Shown here piece after piece: positions 30,192 through 44,503 of a DNA stretch of 64,000 bases. This stretch comes from Eledone cirrhosa (Eukaryota): contig OZ024740.1 of assembly GCA_964016885.1 (NCBI GenBank), positions 92,814,001 through 92,878,000 on the forward strand, given 5' to 3'. The translations under genes and the position numbers were made by a program. Under the pieces are notes generated by a model. It ran no database searches, had not been told where the DNA came from, and saw nothing but the letters and a program-made list of their open reading frames with translations. How positions within the stretch are numbered: position 1 is the stretch's first letter; each line of letters starts with the position of its first letter.

Positions 30192-30277
<86 letters not shown>

Positions 30278-30559
30278 CAGATTTAGACGGATTATCTCGA
30301 AATGAAATTGGGAGGTATAATCAATAATGAAAATTATTTGATATTTTTATTTAACGTTTAAAGGTAACATACATGACTATAACATTTAATAGTGATTGAA
30401 TCGGAAATACAACCAATAAATAAGAACTGCAGCTCAAACTTCACCCCCATATTAAACGTCTCGATACTCCTGTGATTTTATGAAATGTATGTAATACTTG
30501 AGTTGTGAATTCAGGCAATACAATGCAAATGATTTTACACAATTTATGAGCATTAATGA

Positions 30560-31150
30560 CATCAACGTCAATGTCGACGACTAAGCCAATTGTTGTGATG
30601 GTCAACAATACAATGAGTGTGATTATATTGTGATATTGATTCTAGTGTTGATGATGGAAATTTGTTATGGATGTTGTTGGCTGTAAAGGTGATATCACTT
30701 ATTAAGTTGATGTTGGCTATGTCATTGATTCTGATGATAGTATAGCAGATGAAGATGAAGTTGGTGGTGATGATGTAAACGTTAATGATCTTGAAGATGA
30801 TGATGATTATGATGATATTAATGATTTGAGGCAGTAATTGTTGATAAGCTTGATAAAGATGTTTAAGGTTGTGATGTAGATGGTGTTTGTCAAAATGATA
30901 GTAACGGTAATCACGATAATGTTGTTGACTGACATGATTACGATGATTATGTAGATGATAATGATTAGGATGCTTGTAATTCAAAAGGAAATGTTGACAT
31001 TGGTGATACTTATATTGACCAAAATGTCGTAGGCGACGCAATCTATGATGCAGATTGTGGTCGCCATGAAGCAGATGCTTCTTTTCATCTGCATAATCAT
31101 CGTCATATGCTTGATGGTGTTGATGATGACGATATTGATTTATTCAAGGC
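30560..31150. repeat. Decayed (GAT)n/(GTT)n low-complexity tract
   Basis: gatgatgattatgatgat-type runs; gives the His-rich spurious ORF 30568-31041. Confidence 0.7.
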
Positions 31151-34021
31151 AGATCACATATATACACCGAATACGTATGGCCATTACAGTATATGAATAT
31201 AAATCCCATGGTTTCAAGCACCACTGTCGGCAAAGAAGATCATAAACATGAAAGAGCATTTACGTTTAACAGCTGTATATGTACTTTCGTAGATTCCACC
31301 GCACGGCCAATAATATATAGGTATCTATAATGTAATTGCCAAAACCTATATAACCTATTAATGTTTTATTTCTATATTTCTTTATTTTTGTTGTGTTCAT
31401 GATTTCTTTTGATACATACAAACATTCGCTTATTCATTGATCTTCTGAATAGTCTGAAATTCAAGCTTCTTATTTATGGCTCACATGAAATAAATCTAGC
31501 CCGATGAATATTCAATGGCAATATGTGTATTTGATTCGAGATAAAATGTAGTAGTATTCCTGTGTATGCAGTAAATATAAACAGAAATATATGGACGCAA
31601 GTAATTTAGGAAGAGAAAGACAACTTTGATAATAAAATATATAACTGAATCTCCCATACTGTGGCCTGTCATGAAGAATACATTAAATATGTTAGAGAAA
31701 CTCCTCCAATTTGCACATCGATTATTATTGAGCACATTTATATGCAATGGAATAAATCATTATTTTATTGTTGCAGATTCTGTAATTAATTTTCCTCCAA
31801 AAATCTGCGCTATTACATACACAATAAAGGTCTGCCTAACTGAATTTCGTCCATTTTCCATTAAACTGTATTCTCACTTTGTGAGCATAAATTAGCGTAC
31901 TTACGTATTTAGTAAAATAAGATTCATAATAATTGGGAAAGTTGTACATTGTGAGACAATTCGCCAATATCCATATATGTTGACACTTTTTCAAACGCTT
32001 CTACGACACAATTCACTCTAGTTAGACATGTACCTTGGTATGACAGATCATTACATTGAAAATATGTTCTCACTCATGAATATATGTTATATTAAAGGAA
32101 TATGAATTCTATATTGTGCACATAAATTGTCAGTGATTTGATTAACTTGAGTATTGGTGTCAATGCGTCAGTCAAGATGCTTTAATGTCTGTATTTTAAT
32201 ATTATCTAACTCGATAAATAAATCTCAGTATAACATTTATTCTCAGAGTCAATAAGTATCGACACTAGATTTAATTTTTGTAAACTCATGTTAATCGATA
32301 ATGTTTGCCTAATTTACTTATTCGATTAAATATTGTTTGATAGGAGTATTGATGAATAGAAATGGCTTCCCGCCATAATGTTACTTCCTGATCATGTATT
32401 TACGTTTCATTTTTCCGCAATTCTCCCAAATCAGATCATGAATATATTTAGATCTAATATATAGGAAGTTGTGCTATGTTAGAGGAGATGTAGCATTATC
32501 CTCATGTAATTTAAAACAAATTTAAGACGATTACAATGAAGCTTCAGTGATTTGGATTAATATTCTTTTATTCTGTACCTGTAGTATTAGTCTTCCTATT
32601 CAATAGTTCGAAAATATCCACGGATATAAAAAAACACATTCAACTGACATAACTTAATTTACACATTTTCTAACGTAGAATTAAGCTTCATAAAAGTATC
32701 AAGATGCACAAAATATACTTAATATATACTTCTATTATATGTATCATTGTTACAAGAATGTATATCGTATTACTGACATCATACTTTATTTCTTTATATA
32801 TGTTCTTAATTCTCTCAATGGTTCACAATATTACTCAGTGTTCTTCGGTGCTTTCTTCTCTGATATCAAAGGAAATACTGATGTTTAAAAATTCAGACAT
32901 AATCTTATTAATGATTCATAAATAAATAAAAAAAGGCTTCCCAATGTTTGCGCTTATCAGGGGTGAAGTTTTAAATACTACTTGTTTTACTTTTGCAAAA
33001 AGTACAATGAAAAGGAAAAACTAATATAGAAATATTGAATAAAAACACAGCACAGTACATAAATTATATACCGTAAACGTTTTACCTAGACGATCAAGAG
33101 TTACTGGTGGGGAGGGAAGAAATTATATTGAAACCCAAGTAGATGTATTCCTACATATTATCATAATATATTTCCATCTCTGCTGGTTTCAGTTCAAATA
33201 AATTGCTGCAAATCTCTCACCCAGGATCCCTCGTGTCATTCTTTTTCTCTTCGTTTCAGACACACTTTGAAATACACATTTATACACACGCACCGACATA
33301 CGCACACATATACACGCAGCGACAAACACACTGAGTTGTATATATATATATACATATGCGGGTGCGTGTGCATGTGTGAGTATGTGTTACAAAACAGTTG
33401 TATTTCAGTCATTATCCCTTTCACATATAGGACTGCTATCCGGCCTGAACTTATCAGAATTAATCTGTTTTACCTTAAACAATCGAGAACACTTTATATA
33501 CACTATATATATATCTGTGTTCGTATGTGCGTGCGAGTGCGTATGTGTGTCTGTATTTGTTATACAACATACATAGACATATAGATACATATCTCCATAG
33601 GCCACTAGTTCATCAATGATATTAAGAGACAGTAAACATATTTTATCGCAAGAAAAAACCTTTTCAGAGTTGTACTGAACTATTTTACACGTATTACAAT
33701 AAAAATATAAATTTACATAAATCCTTAAATATATCGAAGTAGAAAAAAATGATATTGACCCGCAGTAATCTATTTAAAGTTTCTTGTTTAATTATAAATG
33801 TTAATTTATCTCTAAGTATATCTCTCAGAGGCTACAGGTCATCTAAACTGTCATATCATTTGCGTGTGGGAATTTTCCTGATCAATAGTAGCAGCAGGTG
33901 ACGCATACATTTATAAATACACTGCGACATCTAATTATATATTATTTTTGTTTTTCGCCAATAACTCATTTTATCAATAACATGTTTGTCTCCAGATGTT
34001 CATTATCATTTCAATAATGAC

Positions 34022-34067
<46 letters not shown>

Positions 34068-34073
<6 letters not shown>

Positions 34074-36945
34074 TGACAGGATGCTGGATTTGTGTAAATC
34101 CTTGAAAGGTTTATTATACTATGATCATTTCAATGACCGGGTTCCGTATGAATCCGGTGATATCATCATTGAAATGATCATAGTATAATAAACCTTTCAA
34201 GGATTTACACAAATCCAGCCTCCTGTCATTTCATTATAATATTTAACTCCGTAATAGCACCACCAACTATAAAAACAAAGACGGTTGAACTGCTTTACGT
34301 TGAGTACTCTCTATATTATTACATTGCGATTGACCATACGGAATTGACCAGCTCTATCCAGTGGTGAACCTCAAACCTGAATAAATAATGCTCCTGAAAT
34401 GTTGAGCACTTCCAAATGTAATAATGAACGGCGGATGGGACTGAATATATCTAACCACCATTCGGATGTTGGCTACTCAGTGTTTTTGCCTACCGCCCAC
34501 CTGGCCCATTGCTACTTCTCTCTCTGAATATTCAGACTTCGACGACATTCTACGGATTATACCATAACATGTATTGTACTGCACTGTATTAACTAAATTC
34601 GCTACTCTATACTTCAGGGCATGTATAACTCACACTGAATTCTCAGACTCGAACACGCACTGACTACATTTCCACATCTATATGCATTATCTGACTGCAA
34701 CTTGAACTGTATTGTATTCCTCCTGTGTCTTGATCTCTGGATTTACTCCACCACAACTCTTGTGTGTTTATTTATATCTTTATATATTTATACCTTTGGT
34801 GTATTAATGTTTTTTCCACGTATTCTACTTCTATAAATCCATGTATTTCTACTCCTCTTATTGGGACTTTTGCGTGCACACGACACTGGAATGTCTCCCC
34901 CTGGGAACATAAATACTGCAACCTGAACTATATTGTATTTCTCCTATGATTGATTTCCCCATCTTACTCCACCACCTCTCTTGTTGGTTTATTTATATAT
35001 TTATATAGTTATACCTTTGCTTTATTAATGTGTTTTCCACGTATTCCACTTCTATGTATCCATGTATTTCTACTCCTCTTATTGGGACTTTTTCTCACTT
35101 GTACCCATTAGCACACGACACTAAAATGTCTCCCCCTGAGAACAAAAATAAATATTACCCGACTATATCCCTTACTCCACATCCCACTAGGATAGCTTAT
35201 AGAAGATCAACATCATACAATTAACGTTTCTTCATAAAAGATTCTCTCCAACTAAACCCCGCAACCCCAAACCCTAAAAAAAATTTTTTTTAAATGTTTC
35301 ATTTTCAATTTTCTGTTTGTTCAACTCTCAATCTTCTTACTCTTTAATTTTATGTTATTCTGAATTCTTTCAACTTCATCCAATAAATGTAAACAATATT
35401 TTAACGTTCCAGCATTCTGTCGGACTGATGGGTTGGTTTTCCTGGCGGCGGGACCGGCCCCCTGTCGCATAGGACTACCTTGAGTGCTTGGAAAAATAAA
35501 TTTCCCCTTCTTTCGGTAAATTAATCTACTCGGAGTGGCTTGATTCGCCCCAGGGGCCCGGCGCGCAGCAGGTTTTTTAACGGCAATATAGTACCTTTAA
35601 ATTACAGATCAAATCAGAACTATTAGATATATCACGCCTCCCTCTACTTAAGCAAACCACCCCTCCTGGGTAAAGGAATAGTACTGGTTTTGTACAAGAA
35701 TGGCCTTACGATGCTGGATGACTTCCTGCTGGCGCAACTGAAGCCTGTTATACATTCATAGAGTGCTCGGAAAAATCGATTTCCATATCTTTCGCTAGGC
35801 GATATCACTCGGAGTGGTGGGCTTCCCTAGCTTGTAGTCGCCGCATGCTGTTTAACGGCTAAACAAAGACATAATATTTACTCTATAATAAAATGTAAGT
35901 GACTTCATAAAAGACTCTTTCTTTGCTTAAACCTCGCAACCTTAAAAATGGTTAAACTGTTTAACTTTAAATTTCCTAATTTCTATAATATTAAATATTA
36001 ATCTTTTTTAACTTCATCCTATAAGTCTAAACAAAAACGTAAGGTTCCAATCTTCTGCTCACACATTATAACATACTGACCCCCACTATATTTACCTCTG
36101 CTAAGATACGGGTCCCTGTGAACATTTTTTTCGCGCCATTCCTGGCCTGACAATAATATCGACCTTTCTTCCTCTTTCTTTCTATCTTTCTTCTTGTAGC
36201 CATCAACCCTGACTTTCCTACTTCTTCCTTTTCTTCCTTCTCTTATCCCTTCTTTCTGTCTTCCTCCCGCTGACTTATCTTCCTTTCCCTTTTTGTTTGC
36301 CTATATTTGACCGGTAGTAGTTGTTAAGATACGAGTCCCTTAGAATTAACTTTTTTTTTCGCGACTAACCTGGCCTGACTGTAATACCGACATTTCCTCC
36401 TCTTTCTTTCTGTCTTTCTTCTTATAGCTGACATTAAGCCTGGTTTCTCTTATTCTTCCTTCCCCCTTCTTCTCTCTTCTTTCTTTCTTTTTTCTTGTGG
36501 CATCATATTAACGCTAACTTATGTTCCTATCCCTTTCTGTTTTCCTTTATTTGACCGGTAGTAGCACACTGTAAACTTTAGCCACGTCACTCGAGGGCGA
36601 CCGGCAAAGTAGAAGTTGCTGTATGGCGGTCGCCCTCGGGTCTTTGATTTTCAGCCCCATGGATTTTATCTATTACATTCACTTATTATATTTCGAATAC
36701 CTGATCATATCACCGGATTCATTCGGAACCCTGTCATTGAAATGATCATAGTATAATAAACCTTTCAAGGATTTACACAAATCCAGCCTCCTGTCATTTC
36801 ACTATAATATATAACTCCGTAATAGCACCACCAACTACAAAAACAAAGACAGTTGAACTGCTTTACGTTGAGTACTCTCTATATTATTACATTGCGATTG
36901 ACCATACGGAATTGACAAGCTCTATCCAGTGGTGAACCTCAAACC

Positions 36946-36950
<5 letters not shown>
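34068..36950 (+). mobile_element. Family H: non-coding PLE-like element, unit about 2.57 kb, with terminal direct repeat (34166-34382 / 36734-36950) and 100-bp inverted 5' arm
   Basis: gaaatgatcatagtataataaacctttcaagg at 34171 and 36739; 34068-34168 is the reverse complement of 36702-36800; no RT ORF. Confidence 0.85.
36697..36754 (+). ncRNA. Hammerhead ribozyme, family H (G8 mutated in this copy)
   Basis: atac-CTGATCA-tatcaccgg...-GAAA-tgatca-TA-gtat; the inverted arm at 34163-34168 preserves TGATGA. Confidence 0.65.
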
Positions 36951-37033
<83 letters not shown>

Positions 37034-37169
37034 GTCATTATTGAAATGATATATATATTGATATAAAATGTCATTATTGAAATTATAATGAAGATCTGGA
37101 GACAAACATTTTATATATATGGGATTATTGTCGATAATTTCTAAGTAATTTATATTTATATATATATAT

Positions 37170-37268
<99 letters not shown>

Positions 37269-38167
37269 GATGACTGCACGTTGCAAATGGTGGTGCATAT
37301 GAAAAAGTGAGTCCTTCATCAGTGACCCTCCAACCGTCCCAGGCATTTCATCGCTTTAAGGGCCATAAGCCTCAGGTTGGTGCGAACAACGGCTAAAAAA
37401 AGTCGTTGGGACACGTAAATAAAGGGGACGTTAGGGTAACAAACAAAATGGTTTAAGCAACGGAAAGTGAGAAGAAATAGACAAGTCCCAGATCTCTATG
37501 AATATAAACTCGGTGAAATCGTGAACAAGAGACAAAAGACCATCAAACCTGGTTGAAATGTGAGCAAGGAAGGAATTTCGCACAGGTCTAACGGGGTGGG
37601 GGGGAAGAAGAAGAAGAAGAAGAAGAAGAAGAAGAAAAAGAAGAAGAAGAAGAAGAAGAAGAAGAAGAAGAAGAAAGGGTCTGGTCTACAAATTCGGTAA
37701 ACATAAGTTTTGTGAAGTCGCAGACGAAAGAGAGAGAGAGAAAAAATTTCCATACCAGCTTCACCAGGTACTCGCGAGAAAAGAATTACACACAGGTCAA
37801 ACTTGAAGGAGGAGGAGGAAAGAGGAGGAGGAGAGGTAGTGACAGAGAATGAGTGAGTGGAAGTTGAGGAGAAGGCTAACAGAGAGAGAGACTGCAAGAA
37901 AGGGTAACAGGTACAAAGAACATATATACATATATACATATATATATAGACATATATATATATATATATGTCTATATATATATGTATATATGTATATATA
38001 TATATATATATATTGTTATACTTTGGGAGGGTCATGTTGCCAATAAGAAACACACGCACCAGTTGCTTTCACTTCATTTTATTATATATTTATAAATTTA
38101 CAAATTCATAAATTTATAAATTTCTGGTTGGTTGGTTGGTTCCACAACCAGATAGATGTTTATATAT

Positions 38168-38212
38168 AGTCGTAGTCCTTTCGTCACATACAATGTGACC
38201 TCTTCAGTGACT
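38168..38212 (-). ncRNA. Minimal hammerhead, C2 (left arm)
   Basis: Mirror of 38565-38609. Confidence 0.7.
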
Positions 38213-38564
38213 GGGGATTCCTTTCTTTGTTTCTGTGCCTCTCCTTTGTTCTGTCCTACGCTATTTTGTTTCTGTGTGTGTGTTGTGTGCTCAGTCTGCG
38301 CAAAAAAAAAAAAAAATATGAGTGGAACAGCAACATCACAACTTACAATTAAGGACAAAATGAAAACACACACACACATAGAACAAACAACCAACCAGTA
38401 ACATGTAAATAAACAAATAAATAAACAAATAGATAAATGAACAGAAACACACACAGACACCCGGATGTAGCGCATGCGCAGACTGAGCACACAACACACA
38501 CACATAAACAAAATGGCGTAGGACAGAACAAAGGAGAGGCACAGAAACAAAGAAAGGAATCCCC

Positions 38565-38609
38565 AGTCACTGAAGAGGTCACATAGTGTGTGACGAAAGG
38601 ACTATGACT
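38565..38609 (+). ncRNA. Minimal hammerhead, C2, intact core
   Basis: agtca-CTGAAGA-ggtcaca tagtg tgtgac-GAAA-ggac-TA-tgact. Confidence 0.8.
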
Positions 38610-38820
38610 ATATATAAACAACTATCTGGTTGTGGAACCAACCAACCAACCAGAAATTTATAAATTTGTAAATTTGTAAATTTATAAATATATAATAAAA
38701 TGAAGTGAAAGCGTCTGGTGCGTGTGTTCCTTATTGGCAAGATGACCCTCCCAAAGTATAACAATATCGGTTTCAACACACGATTTCAGATAAAGAATCT
38801 TGCTAAACAAATTCAGAAAC

Positions 38821-38876
<56 letters not shown>

Positions 38877-38892
38877 CGTGTATGTGTGTATG

Positions 38893-39061
38893 TATGTATG
38901 TATGTATACGTACATACATATATGTATAGAGATTTACAGTAGTATGTATATATATATACATGCATGCACATATATATATATACATGCACGTATCGGTTTA
39001 CCGAACATTTATTACAATGATCGGTTTGTTTGTTTGTAAACAAACAAACAGCCCGAATTAC

Positions 39062-39096
<35 letters not shown>

Positions 39097-39204
39097 CTAC
39101 AGTACGTCTGTAGACATATATATATGTACGTATACATACATACTTACATTTGAGTAAGTGCCGTACTAAGAGTGAGAAATGAAATTTCGTTTCATTCTAT
39201 TCCA

Positions 39205-39207
<3 letters not shown>
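38893..39207. mobile_element. Family G fold-back fragment
   Basis: 38893-39062 matches about 47740-47900 directly; 39093-39207 is the reverse complement of 47676-47790. Confidence 0.7.
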
Positions 39208-39298
<91 letters not shown>

Positions 39299-39387
39299 TA
39301 CATATATATATATACATATATATATATACATATGATTTATGCATATGTACATATATATATATATATATATAGTTTTAATATAGATGA

Positions 39388-39436
39388 GATTCTACAGGAC
39401 TAGAACTGTTTCATTCTTTAGAAATCATCAGGAATC
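39388..39436 (-). ncRNA. Hammerhead ribozyme, family J (left arm)
   Basis: Reverse complement gauuc-CUGAUGA-uuuc uaaa gaau-GAAA-cag uucuaguc cug-UA-gaauc; all three stems form. Confidence 0.85.
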
Positions 39437-39954
39437 TGGGTATCAAAAAATAAGTATGTTATTTATGGGTCTCTACAAGTGGTAGGAGTGGGTGGGGAGT
39501 GGGATGGGTGTAGGTCATTGGTTGATAGAAAAGGGAATTCATTAAAAGCTAATTCTACAAAGCTGTAGTTGATTTTTATTTTTAGAGTAACAAAGGCAGA
39601 AAGAATTCTATAAACAGGTTCAGGATGGGATGTCACTCCTTATTAAGTTTCTCTCAAGCTAACAGGTGTCTATAAGATCAGTGGGGGTCAGTCATGGTAG
39701 ATAGATTAAAATGAAAGGGAGATTCTTTAAAAGCTAAATTCTTTAAGGTTCTACTAAGTGACAAAGGTTTAGAGAATTCTGTAGACAAATTCAAAATATT
39801 GAGTGCATATCATACAATTATCCTAACATTTCTGTTAAACTATTCAACTGTATGCCAAAAATCAACAGACACATTCACAAACACACTAACTCACACTCGC
39901 GCGCACCATAAACACACACACATACACATATACATATATATACACACATCCTAC

Positions 39955-41070
39955 ATCACCTAAATAACCTCTTTACCGGCCTAACCGGAGGTTTATACCG
40001 AGACGACGGGCCCTTCGCCCTGCATAAGGTTAACCCCAGAACCATCGATGGGTTTCGGAAAAACTTAAGCTCATTCATCTCTAATCTAGGATTAAGTATA
40101 ACTATATAATCTAATTTGACTAGGGCCAACTTCTTAGATGTCACTCTCGACCTAGATACTTCCCTCTATTACCCGTACCACAAACCTAACGAGTCCCTTA
40201 GATATATTAATGTTAATTCAATCCACCCCCAACACATCACTGATAACCTAGTAATAAGCGTCTCTATTAGAATATCTGGCCTCTCCGCCAACAAATATAT
40301 TTTTAACGCATCTACCTCCTCTTACAATGACGTCCTCGCCCGCAGGGGATTTAAAAAAAAATAACATACCTAGAAACCACTGCAAGATTGCAGAGCAGTA
40401 ATATACATAGGCAGATTAGCTGGTACAACCCTCCCATCAATAGAGAAGTCTCTACACCGATAGCTAGGATTTTCTTCACTTTGCTGAAATTACACTTCCC
40501 CATACAACATAGGTACCACACCATCTTTTATAAGAACACAATAAGACTCTTCTACTCCACCACACCTAACCTAGCTAGGAACATAGCCAACCACAATTCT
40601 AAAAAAATTAAATAAGCCAACCATCTCCGAACCCAATCTCCGGACTGGGGCTCTGTGTAATTGCCTAAATAAGGAAGCATGCCCACTTGAAAACAAATGC
40701 CTCACAAATGATATCGTATACAAATGCGATGTCATCTCAGGCACCGATGATTGCAAAAAAACTTACATCGGAATGACCTCCAACAACTTTAAGACCCGTT
40801 AGTATGCCCATACCCAGTTCTTCAGAAGACCCGACAAATCAAACCAGACAACACTCGCCTCCTATGTTTGGGACCTCAAAAGAAACTCCACCCATTCACG
40901 CTTAAATGGAAAATACTCCAGAAAGCGCGCTCTTACAACGGAGGACACAAGGGCTGCGGCCTTTTTATCTGAGAGTGCTACGAAATTTTATTCGCCAAGG
41001 GCCCGGTACTGAAAAAACTCTCTGAACACTGCCCGAACTGCATGCACATTGGCCCCTATACCTCCTTCCC
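39955..41070 (+). pseudogene. PLE J RT C-terminus plus GIY-YIG, frameshifted
   Basis: GGLYRDDG, ANFLDVTLDL...PYHKPN...YINVNSIHP, SWYNPP, CNC..K.CPL.NKCL...IVY.C.V, TYIGMTSNNFKTR. Confidence 0.9.
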
Positions 41071-41258
41071 ACCCTACCCCCACCCCTCCTCAACCTGAAA
41101 TACGGCCACTATGGTTATGTGAATACCTCTTAACTATCTGCATTTTCTGCCTGTAGAGCTGGTTTATGTGCCTGTGTATATGCGTATATTTATTGAGTAC
41201 TTATTTATTTGTATCTGTATATAATTGTGTGTATGTGTGTATGTGTATGTGTACACAC

Positions 41259-41352
<94 letters not shown>

Positions 41353-41380
41353 ATGTGTATATACATGTGTATGTATGTGG

Positions 41381-41419
<39 letters not shown>

Positions 41420-41545
41420 GTTTTATTTAAATTGTTGGGTTAAAACGAGTAAATATTTATAACTGATATAAAAGCACTCAACAAGTATTTGGAGTATATT
41501 TACGATATTAAATAAATAGAAACTATATTTATAAAACCATATTTA

Positions 41546-41607
41546 TTTCATTATATATATTTCAGTGATATCATAGTAAAAATATGGTATGCCTTCATCA
41601 GACAAAA
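41546..41607 (-). ncRNA. Hammerhead-like motif, family A (mirror copy 43883-43944 has CTGATAA)
   Basis: Reverse complement uuuugu-CUGAUGA-agg...cacu-GAAA-uauaua-UA-augaaa. Confidence 0.55.
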
Positions 41608-41870
41608 TACAATATAAACAGTCTTATAAATAGATAGATTTGACGTACCTTACACTTCAAACTTCCGTTTAAAAAGTTGATTTGATAGTGAAAAATGTTA
41701 GGGACAATTATAGAGAAAAAAAGAAAAGAAAGAAAGAAAGAAAGCGAAGAAAAAGAAGAAATGCATGCAACGAAAAACAGAGAGAGATAGATATAGAGAG
41801 ATAGATAGAGAGAAGAAATTCATGTAAGGAAAAAAGAGAGAGAGATAGATAGAGAGAGAAAAACAGAGGG

Positions 41871-41926
<56 letters not shown>

Positions 41927-42209
41927 GAGAGAGAGAAACAAAACAGAGAGAGATATAGATATAGATAGAGATAGAGAGAGAGAAAAATAGGTAGTTGGGC
42001 ACCAGTTGAATGACGTATCAATGATATATTTATTTATTTATTTATTTATTTAGTTATAGTATTAAGGTAGAGAGAGATATATGTGGTTAGGAGAGAAAAC
42101 AGCCGTTACATAGAGAGAAAAGAAAAATAACCAGAGATAATCGAGGCAGATTTAAAACATTATGTTTCATCAATCTAAAATATCAATTCGTATGAATTAG
42201 GTATTCCAG

Positions 42210-42439
42210 GCTTACTCTGGAAACTTAAGCATGATAACGTTGGATATTTGACGGCTTGGAATATAGTCTCAAGAGGGATTCCTTTTAATTCATCTTCTGA
42301 GACATGCGACCTCTGCGCGGATGAGATATTCTTTATACTAAAATCTAAAAATTCCCTTAATTTACGGACAAATTTATTCAGTTGCTGCAGACATAGATTG
42401 AACTCAACTTTTAAATATAAATATACATTTAAAATGTAG
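42210..42439 (+). pseudogene. PLE GIY-YIG domain C-terminal remnant
   Basis: LLWKLK...WNIV...CDLCADE..FIL...LNLRTNLFSCCRH, homologous to the J and K C-termini. Confidence 0.75.
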
Positions 42440-44035
42440 TATATTTACTTAAGATTTGTAATTATTTTTGAAACTCGCCGATAAATCTTTCGATTTCTTT
42501 TTTTAAACATTCTTCACGAATAATTAAACTACCCTAAAAGATGATGCTCCAAATATATCGAATAAATTTTACACTAGATAAACTTCTATAATAAATATAA
42601 GACCATCTGTAGATCAAATGGGTATCCTAAACTTTTGGAAGGATTTCTGCTAGACAGGATTTGGTGAATCATTTTGGTTTTATTTGCATTTGATTCTGAT
42701 GCTTAAAATGAACTTGGCAATATATTGTCAAATAAATTTAAAGGGAAGATTTCTGTGGTTGATTTGCGGGGCATACTGTGTTTTTATTACGGCCCGAGAT
42801 ACTCTGAGAATTTTCTTGGCGTTTTAATTATATTTTTTAATATTTTTTAATATTTCTAATATTTTTTAATATTTTTTAATATTTTTAATATTTTTAATAT
42901 TTGTATTGATATATTGATATCTGTTGTCTATTTTATGCTTGAACGATAATCATGTAGAGTAAAGACAAGAATATTATTGTTAAAATTAATGTAGATTCTA
43001 TATATATTTGTGTGTATGTACACATATATGTATACTAGAATTTGTATAGCACAATGAGAATGTTTTCATGTGAAATAAGAATTTGCAGAGTTGATCACGT
43101 AAATTCACATGGATGTCTATAGTATCGAATCTGGTATAACCTTCTATTTTCTTTTCCTTTTTCATGAAAGTGCATATATAATTATGTATTTCAATTTTTT
43201 TTGAAGTTTAACTCATTTTTGATTATAAACCTAGGAATTTTAAACTAGACATATGATCATTATTTTTCACACATTATAGATACGTGTCTCATTCTTGAAT
43301 ACTGATATTTACATTATAATACCTAATTCATACGAATTGATATTTTAGATTGATGAAACATAATGTTTTAAATCTGCCTCGTTTATTTCTGGATATTTTT
43401 CTTTTCTCTCTATATAACGGCTGTTTTCTCTCCTAACCACATATATCTCTCTCTACTTTAATACTATAACTAAATAAATAAATAAATAAATAAATACATC
43501 ATTGATATGTCATTCAACTGGTGCCCAACTACCTATTTTTCTCTCTCTCTATCTCTATCTATATCTATATCTCTCTCAATTTGTTTCTCTCTCTCTCTTT
43601 TCTCTCTCTCTCTCTATCTATCTCCCTCTGTTTTTTCTCTCTTTATCTATCTCTCTCTGTTTTTTCCTTATATGAATTTCTTTCTCTATCTATATCTCTA
43701 TATCTATCTCTCTCTGTTTTTCGTTGCATGCATTTCTTCTTTTTCTTCGCTTTCTTTCTTTCTTTTCTTTTTTTCTCTATAACTGTACCTAACATTTTTC
43801 ACTACCAAATCAACTTTTTAAACGGAAGTTTGAAGTGTAAGGTATGTCAAATCTATCTATTTATAAGACTGTTTATATTGTATTTTGTCTGATAAAGGCA
43901 TACCATATTTTTAATATGATATCCCTGAAATATATATAATGAAATAAATATGGTTTTATAAATATAGTTTCCATTTATTTAATATCGTATATATATATAT
44001 ATGTATATATGAGTGTATGTGTGTATGTGTGTGTA

Positions 44036-44089
<54 letters not shown>

Positions 44090-44220
44090 CATATATATAT
44101 ATATATGCGTGTGTGTCTGTGGGTATTTTTGTGTATGTGTTTGTGTGGTTCTCTCTCTGTGTGTGTATTTAATTATTTATTTATTTATTATTTATATGTG
44201 TCTATGTGTATATATATGTG

Positions 44221-44257
<37 letters not shown>

Positions 44258-44276
44258 ATGTGTGTGTATATATATG

Positions 44277-44336
<60 letters not shown>

Positions 44337-44462
44337 TATATGTATATGTGTGTATATGTGTGTGTGTATGTATGTGTATATATGTATAAATATATATATA
44401 TATATATATGTATGTGTATATATATATGTATATATATGTGTGTGTATATATTTGTATATGTG

Positions 44463-44498
<36 letters not shown>

Positions 44499-44503
<5 letters not shown>

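Larger units (their letters stand above)
38012..38824. mobile_element. PLE C2 3'-end-only fold-back insertion
   Basis: Arms 38012-38301 (-) and 38316-38824 (+) joined by an A run; highly similar to the 44499-46787 termini. Confidence 0.9.
41416..43989. mobile_element. PLE family A fold-back insertion with long 3' non-coding region
   Basis: Left arm 41500-42207 is the reverse complement of 43320-43989; left arm has extra tail 41416-41500; endonuclease remnant at 42210-42439. Confidence 0.85.

Noticed and set aside
30568-31041. 157-aa His-rich ORF
   Set aside because: Product of decayed trinucleotide repeats
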